From: Methylobacter sp. S3L5C
GTDB taxonomy: Bacteria > Pseudomonadota > Gammaproteobacteria > Methylococcales > Methylomonadaceae
Length of the DNA: 32,000 bases
Assembly: GCF_022788635.1 (NCBI RefSeq)
Contig: NZ_CP076024.1
Span: 3,541,503-3,573,502 of the forward strand
Reading direction: 5' to 3'
Shown in pieces: positions 10,178-17,998 of the stretch; within the stretch, counting starts at the first letter, position 1; each line of letters opens with the position of its first letter. The notes below the pieces were generated by a model. It saw only the letters and a list, made by a program, of their open reading frames with translations, was not told the DNA's origin and searched no databases. Position numbers and translations under genes: made by a program.

Positions 10178-10962
10178 AGAAGTTCCTCTACCCAAGCTTT
10201 ATCACGATGTGAGCCAATGGCTGACCTGAAAAAGCTTGAATATTCGTGATCGAGAGATAGATGTTCTTGCAAGTGCGTGATGATGACGGGCTGATTACCT
10301 ACAAGGCGAATCAGGTCGTCCAACAAGCGCCAATCGTTTTTTTTGCTTTCAGGTATGTTCCATTCGTTAAAACCAAGCCGCTCAATCGTGTAGTACGCAC
10401 GCTGGTATTCCCAAGTGCCAACAGGTGCAGCGAGCTTGATCTCACCATCTATAGTGTGTGCCAACAAAGCGCAATCGGCCTCAACACATGGATCAAGCAA
10501 CCTGGGGATTTCAGCGGTAATTGGGCTCGCGGGGGCGTTGCAACGGCTGGTCTCGTTCTGGAGAGGAAATTCGTTGGCCTTGCCGTGCAATGTTGTAAGT
10601 TCGTCTTTCTCTGGCCGATTGCACCGTTGGCACGAAAGGCGGAAGTTCGACCACTCATACGCCAGCCAGAAGTAACCGTTATGCCCGACCAGCTTGACGC
10701 CATCCACCGTAATGCCGAGCTTAGGTCGGAAATGGTCTACATCAAAAACCGCACGGTTACTCTTCGCCTCGCAGTACCAACACTTATGTCCACTGGCGTT
10801 CGATAGCCACTTCTTGAGCAGCCCCCAACTGCCATTCTTCTTCAGATATTTTGACCGCTCTTCTTGCGTGACGAGTGCATTGACGACAGCAACCCTTGCT
10901 GGGTAAACCTTAATCCATCGCGCTGGCAGATTTGGTGGTAAAGGAATAATGACGAATCTCAC
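10174..10962 (-). CDS. TIGR02646-type HNH endonuclease, PtuB-like (Septu-like nuclease partner)
   Basis: CWYCE-x10-DHFRPK and WSNFRLSCQRCNRPEK form a His-Me/HNH pattern. The GTG start overlaps the ATPase stop (GTGA) and the stop overlaps the hsdM ATG (ATGA). Confidence 0.8.
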   Translation of the reverse strand: MRFVIIPLPPNLPARWIKVYPARVAVVNALVTQEERSKYLKKNGSWGLLKKWLSNASGHKCWYCEAKSNRAVFDVDHFRPKLGITVDGVKLVGHNGYFWLAYEWSNFRLSCQRCNRPEKDELTTLHGKANEFPLQNETSRCNAPASPITAEIPRLLDPCVEADCALLAHTIDGEIKLAAPVGTWEYQRAYYTIERLGFNEWNIPESKKNDWRLLDDLIRLVGNQPVIITHLQEHLSLDHEYSSFFRSAIGSHRDKAWVEELL

Positions 10963-12665
10963 CTACGATCCCCCTGCAAGCTGCTCAGCAGACTTTGCAC
11001 TAAGGCATCTAAGGCCTTTTGCTTGTTTTCAGGCGTGACGATTGCACCGCCGATTTCGCCATCAGCCGCGAGATCGAATCTCGCCCGCAAATATTCCTGC
11101 TCCAGACGATCTCGTGAACCGAAATTGAAATCCAAGCCTTCCAGGCGCTGGCGAACTGCAACCAGCTCTTCTCGGTCGGTATCGCTCAATGTCGCTTGCG
11201 TGGAAAGCTGGTGCAATGAGAGCAGGTCAGTATTGGTGGCCTTGTCCAAGCTGGAGCCAAGACCAAACATATCGCTGGTAATGATACCAGCAAAGCCCAT
11301 GCCCTTGGGGTCCATGGCAGGGTTTTCCGAATGCACTGTTCGAGCGCCGGAGTCTCGGTATAGGATTTGGACTTGCTCTTTGACAAGCTCAGCAATCGCC
11401 AAGGGATTGTGAGTCGTCAGAACAATATGGCTATTGTCCTCACCTTCGTTGTTTTGCCCCACAAAGGACTTCAAGTAGCTCAGGTAGTCAACGCACCAAC
11501 GCGGATTCAAATGCGTATCCGGCTCATCCAGCAAAAACAGGCTTTCATCCTCGGCGGTGAAGCGCAGCAAGCCCAACACTGTCAATAACTGTTGCTCGCC
11601 TTCGCTGAGCTCACGGAACGTCACACTGCCGTCGTTTTTCTTGAGACGCACGCGGATGCGCACTTCTTCAATCAGCTCGGAGACATAGGTGCTCTCCAAA
11701 TCTCGGAAGAACTGCGCCGGAGCCTGATTGCCCACCAAACGCCGTAACGCGGCAATGTCTTTCACGTATAGATATTTGAACTGCAGGGTTTTCTTGTTCC
11801 AGATCGATGTCGACACGCGGCGACTGATGTCAACCGGAGCCAAAGCAATGTCATAAAGGCGGGACAGGAAGTCGCGTACTACGCCCCGTGCATTCCAGAA
11901 ACGCGGGTCGCCATCGGCAGCCTTTGATTTCCAGGGTGGTTGGCGCAGTACGAACAGCACCGATTCAATGCCTTCGTCCGGATCAAGACCCAAATGATCA
12001 TCCAGGAAAGCCCGCACCATGTCCGACTGCTGGAATAAGAAGGCAAGCAGCACGAATTGACTGTGCACAGGCATTGCGTAAAACAGACGCTTTAGGCCGG
12101 GGTCTTCGCCATTGCGTAGCTTGCTATCGTATTTCTCCAAGTAAGGACGGAATATGTCGCGCATGCGTGTGCTTTCGCCTGAGTAGTAGCCGAAAACGTA
12201 GCGAGGCAGATACTTGCAATCGTCTTTTAAGAAATCAAGGAGATGGATGCGAGCTTTGTTTAATTTTTTCTTAACTTCAGAGTTAGCTTCAAACAAATAA
12301 CCCAATGTTTCGTGTTGCTTAGTGTTTTTGATTTGCTCTATATCTTGTGCGTTGCCCACATAAAACTGAATGGGATCCGCTTTGCGATCCGGGTCAGAGC
12401 TAATGTAAACATGAAATAGGCTCTCACCCGTGCCTATGCGATAACTGAGCTCAAAGGCAAACGCTGGCATGCGCTTCATGGTAATTAAATCACGGAAGAT
12501 GATGGCCAACGCCTCCAGCACGTTGGATTTGCCCGTGCCGTTCCATCCGATGACCACAGTCACCCAGTGATCCTGATCGAAGTCGATGGTGACGTTTTTC
12601 AGGTTCTTGAACTGGTGCGTCGGGCTATCTTTGGCGCTGCCAATGGTAAGTTTATCCAGGCGCAT
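10959..12665 (-). CDS. ABC/SMC-like AAA ATPase, PtuA-like (restriction-system-associated ATPase)
   Basis: Walker A GWNGTGKSNVLEAL, signature-like LSEGEQQLL, Walker B LFLLDEPDTHLNPRW, H-loop LTTHNP, with a long insertion between Walker A and the signature motif. The start ATG is 2 nt after the hsdS stop. Confidence 0.8.
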   Translation of the reverse strand: MRLDKLTIGSAKDSPTHQFKNLKNVTIDFDQDHWVTVVIGWNGTGKSNVLEALAIIFRDLITMKRMPAFAFELSYRIGTGESLFHVYISSDPDRKADPIQFYVGNAQDIEQIKNTKQHETLGYLFEANSEVKKKLNKARIHLLDFLKDDCKYLPRYVFGYYSGESTRMRDIFRPYLEKYDSKLRNGEDPGLKRLFYAMPVHSQFVLLAFLFQQSDMVRAFLDDHLGLDPDEGIESVLFVLRQPPWKSKAADGDPRFWNARGVVRDFLSRLYDIALAPVDISRRVSTSIWNKKTLQFKYLYVKDIAALRRLVGNQAPAQFFRDLESTYVSELIEEVRIRVRLKKNDGSVTFRELSEGEQQLLTVLGLLRFTAEDESLFLLDEPDTHLNPRWCVDYLSYLKSFVGQNNEGEDNSHIVLTTHNPLAIAELVKEQVQILYRDSGARTVHSENPAMDPKGMGFAGIITSDMFGLGSSLDKATNTDLLSLHQLSTQATLSDTDREELVAVRQRLEGLDFNFGSRDRLEQEYLRARFDLAADGEIGGAIVTPENKQKALDALVQSLLSSLQGDRR

Positions 12666-12667
12666 GG

Positions 12668-14368
12668 TCAGGTCGCCAACAGCTTCAGCCGATCGTGCAG
12701 TTTACGGCCTTGGGTGTCCGTAACCGCCTCTACCGCCAAACGACCCGCTTTATCCAGCATGCGCAGTTCGGCGTACAGCGCTTCAATTTGCTCGGTCTGA
12801 GCACCATCGGCCACACCGCAGCGACGAAATGCTTCTTGGGCTGTCACCCAATCGCCCGCCTCGCCGAGCACGTCAATTAATTTGCTCACCACGGCGGCGA
12901 TCTCCTTTTGTTGTTTGGTTTTACGCACCTTCGGCTGCTTTTCGCGCTCAGCCCTTTCTGCACGAATACGCTCCAGCAACACGCTGGCTGGTTCTTCGTT
13001 GGGGGCTTGCGGCACCAACTGGCCGGAAAAAGCGGCTTTGAGGATGTTTTTGCGTTGGACGGCAGATTGTTTGAGGGAAAGCTCTACCGCATTCTCTTGG
13101 CGATTAAGGTTTTCAATCTGCAATTCGAGTTGACTCAATAGCTCTCTTTGTTCTGATGCAGGGCCTAAGGGAACAGGAAACATCCGCAACATAGTCATGT
13201 TAATTGATGCCAAGTTGGTCGTTTGCTTGCCTGCGTTTTGGAACCACAATTTGCCGAAAGTATTGCCATGATGCGAGATCAGCTCTGGCAATACCTCTGG
13301 CAAATACAGGCGCATGCGGAATACGTGGTTTTGGTGAATGCAATTGGCAACTTCATCACTCCACACCCAGCCACGTCCAAGCTTGTCTCGATCACCACCT
13401 TCGTTAAACAGCACATCACCGGCTTGTAATGTTAATTCCGCAATGTCGCGCTCAGTGGCCAAAATGGTCTTTATTTCGGAAAGATCGAGAAAGCCGCGCT
13501 GCACGTTGGCCACCCGTAAATACGGTACTTCGCGAACCTGGACATCAGGGTTGCGTTTTGTTCCTTTAGCAACGCCTGATGCAATTTCACCTAGCATATC
13601 CAAGCTCGTCCAAACCCACCCCTCCGGCAATTCCGACAAATCGCTAGTATCAGGGTTGGCCGGCTCGGGGTATTTGCTTTGCCAGCCTTTAGGCGGAGCT
13701 TTACCTTGTTCTTTAAATTTTGCTAATTGCTTGGCTTCCCAGAAGATTCGGCGCTCGGTGAGGATGCGTTCCAGCAATACAGTGCCGGTTTCTTCAGGTT
13801 GGTTTGTTGTACGCCACTCGGAAGTCAGCTCACCTTCCACTGCTGCTTTCAGCAGCGATTGCCGATACTGCACCAACTTCTTCTGTGCGGCCTTGAGTTC
13901 GCCCACCCCGGCGTCGAGATCGGACAGCATTTCTTCGAGTTTTTCGACGATGCGAGTTTGCTCAGCCGCAGGCGGCAAGGCCAGAAATTCTTTGCGTAAG
14001 TGCTGGTAATGGCGACCATACCCACGATTCTCAAGATCAATAGTTCCGAGCTGTAGATACGCAAACATCGGGTCCCAAAGCGCAGTCGGGGCAAATAGCT
14101 TGACTCCATCCGCTCCAACAGCAAACGGAAATTTCACGAACTTGAAACGGCGGGTGTGGTCACCAAAAACGATCACCGGAACTGGTGAATTAACTTTCGC
14201 ATTCAAGTCATTGGTATATCCACCGATCAGACCTTCACCTTGATCAACTACAGGTAGTTCGCCTGCTGGTAAATAGTCTTTCTGTTTAATGCGAAATCCA
14301 CGATCCGAGATGAGTTCAACGGCTTCATCAAAGCCAATCTGCAACCAAGAACTAGGTAAACCCCTCAC
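12668..14368 (-). CDS. hsdS: Type I restriction-modification specificity subunit S, with an extra C-terminal tail
   Basis: Two target-recognition regions, each followed by a conserved coiled-coil spacer (LPPAAEQTRIVEKLEEMLSDLDAGV...; PLGPASEQRELLSQLELQIENLNRQ...) and a repeated LLERI-x-ER motif. The GTG start overlaps the hsdR stop (GTGA). Confidence 0.9.
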   Translation of the reverse strand: MRGLPSSWLQIGFDEAVELISDRGFRIKQKDYLPAGELPVVDQGEGLIGGYTNDLNAKVNSPVPVIVFGDHTRRFKFVKFPFAVGADGVKLFAPTALWDPMFAYLQLGTIDLENRGYGRHYQHLRKEFLALPPAAEQTRIVEKLEEMLSDLDAGVGELKAAQKKLVQYRQSLLKAAVEGELTSEWRTTNQPEETGTVLLERILTERRIFWEAKQLAKFKEQGKAPPKGWQSKYPEPANPDTSDLSELPEGWVWTSLDMLGEIASGVAKGTKRNPDVQVREVPYLRVANVQRGFLDLSEIKTILATERDIAELTLQAGDVLFNEGGDRDKLGRGWVWSDEVANCIHQNHVFRMRLYLPEVLPELISHHGNTFGKLWFQNAGKQTTNLASINMTMLRMFPVPLGPASEQRELLSQLELQIENLNRQENAVELSLKQSAVQRKNILKAAFSGQLVPQAPNEEPASVLLERIRAERAEREKQPKVRKTKQQKEIAAVVSKLIDVLGEAGDWVTAQEAFRRCGVADGAQTEQIEALYAELRMLDKAGRLAVEAVTDTQGRKLHDRLKLLAT

Positions 14369-17145
14369 GCCACCAACTCCTCATTCATCTCTGTCATCAA
14401 TTCATCCAGTTGTTTGCCAAACACCGTCCAAACCTTCTGCAACCCGCCTTTATCCGCAAACTCGGCATAGTCGAAATCATCACGACTGATACTGCAACTA
14501 CTGGCTATGTGGTCTTTGATCATCCGTAGCCATTCGGTTTGTTCGGCACTAAATGCCGTGGTGCGCCGGGCATTGTGGCGGAAGATCCATTCTTGAAAGC
14601 GTTTATCGACCTGTTCGCTAAAGGGTTTGAGTTCGGTATCTAGGCCGATGGCAAAGCGCAGCAGTGCGATCAGGTCGGTCAATTGGCGCTTACTGTTTGC
14701 ACCTTTCACTTGGCTGGTTTGCACTCGGGCATAGGCGCTCCACAGCCGTTCGGTGGTCAGCATCAGCGGCGGGCGGCTTAAGGCATCGTGCAATTCATCG
14801 ATCATTTCAAAGGTTAGCGTGCGGCGTTGGTAAGGTTGTTGGTAAAAGAAACTTAAGGCTTCGATTTCTTGCTTGTGCTGGTTGATGTAATCGGTGAAGG
14901 TCTGAATAATTTTTTGTGCCTGCGCTTCGGCTTGCTCGCTGTAGCCGGAAAAGGTGACTTGATCGAGATTAAGGTGGTCGATCAATTGTTCACGTTCGCG
15001 GCGAGCGGATTCGATTTGCTCGCGCAGTTCGGGTTTATCAAACGGCTCGCAGGCTGCGGCAACGCGCTGGGCACGGGCGGCGCTGATTTCATCTTCGGTA
15101 AGCGAGTCATCGCTACGGGTAATGCCTTGGGCTTTTGCTGTCGACAGAGCGGCTTCGATGATTTTGTCGGGGTCAATTGCGGTAATCAGCCGCTTGGCAA
15201 GTTCGCTGACGGGAATGCCGCCGGACACTTTTTCGATGCGGGCCTGAGCTTTGTCGTCCAATTGTTTGGATAAACGCAGCAAACGATTGGCAAGACTTAA
15301 TACGGTGTCGTCGTCGCGGTGGCCGATGGCGATGCCTTGCAGTAAATCTTTAAGGGCGACACCGGGTTTTTTCTCCAGCGGGCGGGATTCGGTTTTAAGC
15401 GACTTCTCCACGCCAACGGCATCAATCAGCACGAAGCGGGTTTTGGCGCTATCGGCGCTATTGCTGACACGTTTTAAGTCGTCAAAGCCCAAGCTGCGGA
15501 CGCCGCGACCTTTCATTTGTTCATAGTAGCCTTTGCTGCGCACATCGCGCATGAACAGCAGCACTTCCAGCGGTTTAACGTCGGTACCGGTCGCGATCAT
15601 GTCAACGGTGACGGCAATGCGCGGATTGTAGTCGTTGCGGAAGCTGCTGAGAATGCTGTCCGGGTCTTCTTCGGCTTTATAAGTGACCTTTTTACAGAAG
15701 GCGTTACCCTGACCGTAAACTTCGCGCAAGATATTGATAATGTCGTCAGCATGGCTGTCGGTCTTGGCAAAGATCAGTGTTTTTGGAGTTTCCTTGCGGC
15801 TGGGGAAAATTTGGTTTTCCACCGCTGTTTTCATGGCCTGGATCACTTGCCGAATCTGGCTAATGTTGACGACGGAGCGGTCCAACTCTTTGCCGGTGTA
15901 GAGCGCGTCTTCTTCGGTTTCAGCCCATCGTTTTTTGCGCGTTTGACGGTCGCGGTGATCAACCCATTCTTTGGCTTTAAGTATCGAACCTTTTTGGGTA
16001 ATTTCAGTTTCAATCTCGAAGACATCGTAACCCACGTTAACACCGTCGGCCACAGATTGCTCATAGGTGTATTCGGCAACAATGTTTTCGTTAAAGAAGC
16101 CGAAGGTGCGTTTGTCCGGCGTGGCTGTCAGGCCAATAAGGTAGGCATCGAAGTAGTCAAGCACCTGCTTCCACAGGTTGTAGATGGAGCGATGACACTC
16201 GTCGATGATAATGAAGTCAAAGGTTTCGACTGGAATGACTGATGTATAACGCACTAGCTTGGCTTGTTTCGAAGTTTGCTGAAGCTCGTTAAGCGAGACA
16301 TCTTCAGCTGAATCGTCAATGGGTTCACCAGACAATATCGAATACATACGCTGGATGGTGGAAATGCAAACCTGCGAATGGGGATCAATGGTCGAAGATG
16401 CCAGACGCTGCACATTATAGAGCTCGGTAAATTTTCGTCCGTCGTCAGGCGGCGAGTAGGCCATGAATTCCTGATGCGCTTGCTTGCCGAGGTTACGAGT
16501 ATCAACCAGGAACAATACACGTTTGGCTCCGCCGAACTTTAGCAAGCGATAGACCGAGGTAATGGCGGTAAAGGTTTTGCCTGCGCCGGTGGCCATGTGT
16601 ACGAGGGCGCGGGGCTTGTTTTGTGCAAGAGATTTTTCCAGTCCGGTAACAGCACTGACCTGACAGTCGCGCAGGTTGCGCTCGGGTAACACAGGCATCT
16701 GCTCGGCCAGTCGGCGGCGCAGAGTTTCTGGCTGAGCCAACCATAAGCTCAGTTGTTCCGGCTTAAAGAAGTGGAACAACTCGCGTGAGCGGGGTATGGG
16801 GTCGCGGCCATTGGTAAAACGGATGATCTGGCCGGTACTTTCGAACAGAAAAGGCAGCGGAGTGGTTTGCACTCGCCACTTCAGGGTAGCGTTGGCGTAA
16901 CGCTCGGTCTGTCTTTCTGTCACGGTAAGGTTCTCACCAGCTTCATCACGCTTGGCTTCGATCACTCCCACGGCTTCTCGATTGACGAACAGCACGTAGT
17001 CCGCCGGTCCAGTGTCAGTGGGATATTCACGCACCGCAACGCCTTGGCCTGCACCCAAGTTGATTTGCTTCATATCCTGAATTGTCCAGCCCGCCCGTTC
17101 GAGTTTCTGGTCGATCAGTTGCCGTGCTTTGACTTCCGGGGGCAT
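14365..17145 (-). CDS. hsdR: Type I restriction enzyme R subunit (EcoEI/EcoAI-like, helicase-nuclease)
   Basis: N-terminal nuclease region (ARQLIDQKLERAGW...), helicase motif I MATGAGKTFTA, motif II IIIDECHRS, and a long C-terminal helical domain. An ATG at 17145 preceded by AAGGA is favoured; the ORF-track GTG at 17172 is the alternative start. Confidence 0.92.
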   Translation of the reverse strand: MPPEVKARQLIDQKLERAGWTIQDMKQINLGAGQGVAVREYPTDTGPADYVLFVNREAVGVIEAKRDEAGENLTVTERQTERYANATLKWRVQTTPLPFLFESTGQIIRFTNGRDPIPRSRELFHFFKPEQLSLWLAQPETLRRRLAEQMPVLPERNLRDCQVSAVTGLEKSLAQNKPRALVHMATGAGKTFTAITSVYRLLKFGGAKRVLFLVDTRNLGKQAHQEFMAYSPPDDGRKFTELYNVQRLASSTIDPHSQVCISTIQRMYSILSGEPIDDSAEDVSLNELQQTSKQAKLVRYTSVIPVETFDFIIIDECHRSIYNLWKQVLDYFDAYLIGLTATPDKRTFGFFNENIVAEYTYEQSVADGVNVGYDVFEIETEITQKGSILKAKEWVDHRDRQTRKKRWAETEEDALYTGKELDRSVVNISQIRQVIQAMKTAVENQIFPSRKETPKTLIFAKTDSHADDIINILREVYGQGNAFCKKVTYKAEEDPDSILSSFRNDYNPRIAVTVDMIATGTDVKPLEVLLFMRDVRSKGYYEQMKGRGVRSLGFDDLKRVSNSADSAKTRFVLIDAVGVEKSLKTESRPLEKKPGVALKDLLQGIAIGHRDDDTVLSLANRLLRLSKQLDDKAQARIEKVSGGIPVSELAKRLITAIDPDKIIEAALSTAKAQGITRSDDSLTEDEISAARAQRVAAACEPFDKPELREQIESARREREQLIDHLNLDQVTFSGYSEQAEAQAQKIIQTFTDYINQHKQEIEALSFFYQQPYQRRTLTFEMIDELHDALSRPPLMLTTERLWSAYARVQTSQVKGANSKRQLTDLIALLRFAIGLDTELKPFSEQVDKRFQEWIFRHNARRTTAFSAEQTEWLRMIKDHIASSCSISRDDFDYAEFADKGGLQKVWTVFGKQLDELMTEMNEELVA

Positions 17146-17560
17146 GCTGGTTTGTCCTTGCTCAATTTCCACTTATTTAATTTATTCCGCTTGTCTTGAG
17201 CAAAAAACACAACTTTTATTATTAATGCAAAACGAGTCAAATGCATCAAAACTTAGCTCATTATTTGATGCTCATCTGGGAGATAAGCCGCTTTTTTATC
17301 CATATTAAGCTAGTAGGCTATAACGAACGACATCTAAATTTCCATAGTAAAACAACATTATACTGGTTTTCTGTGGTCAATTGATATTAAATGAACATCG
17401 TCCAAGTATGTTCCATTTCTGTTTGGAAAATTCATTGCCATTGCTAGTCTGCCAGTTGATGATGAGTTTTCGTAGGATATACGATGAAGTATTACGGAAC
17501 TGTTTTAGCGAGCTGTTGTGTCAGTAGATTCGTTCTATTTCTATTTTTGTGACCATATAT

Positions 17561-17998
17561 TTATTCTGTTCTTTCTCGATCAATCCTTGGCAAAGGTTCA
17601 TTCAATTGATTCTCCTTCATGCCATATTTGTAAGCATTGTATTGCCAAATCACAAATTGTTCTAATAATGCCGAGTTTTTCTGCTTGAGGCTTTCTATTT
17701 CGCTTTGCTGCCTTGCAATTCGATCACCAGCCATAGTTAAACTACTAGGCTTGGGTGTAACAACCCCCTGTACTTTAAGAGTTGCTTTCCTGGAACTATA
17801 AGCCTCTTTTATCAGCTTATTGGCATTGAGAGATTGCCGAGTCGGGTTTTTACCTATAATGGGCTCAGATGCTTCGCAAATACTCTCCCAAGTCAGCTTT
17901 TCGTCCTTCCAGGCATAGATAATACTGATAATTGCTTCTACATCAGTCTGTGTTAAATGCTTAGCCAAGTCCACCTCCCAAAAGTTTCGCCATATCAT
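17561..17998 (-). CDS. Hypothetical small protein trailing the recombinase trio (positional analogue of Tn554 TnpC)
   Basis: 145-aa ORF overlapping the 3' end of the upstream recombinase gene, with a coiled-coil-like segment (RQQSEIESLKQKNSALLEQF). The start is ambiguous: a TTG at 17968 preceded by GGGAGG is an alternative. No family recognised. Confidence 0.5.
   Translation of the reverse strand: MIWRNFWEVDLAKHLTQTDVEAIISIIYAWKDEKLTWESICEASEPIIGKNPTRQSLNANKLIKEAYSSRKATLKVQGVVTPKPSSLTMAGDRIARQQSEIESLKQKNSALLEQFVIWQYNAYKYGMKENQLNEPLPRIDRERTE

Noticed and set aside
10174-12665. Retron (PtuAB-type effectors are used by some retrons)
   Set aside because: The window has no reverse-transcriptase ORF, and there is no non-coding gap adjacent to the pair that could hold an msr/msd RNA. 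The genes abut hsdS and hsdM directly.
8380-17199. Many plus-strand ORFs in the track inside the hsd/ATPase/HNH genes, for example 15517-16242 (241 aa), 13338-14009 (223 aa), 10261-10806 (181 aa) and 11888-12274 (128 aa)
   Set aside because: They lie entirely antisense to long ORFs with clear family motifs. Their translations are low-complexity and rich in Arg/Ser/Cys/Ala, as expected for shadow frames in GC-richer DNA, and they carry no recognisable motifs.
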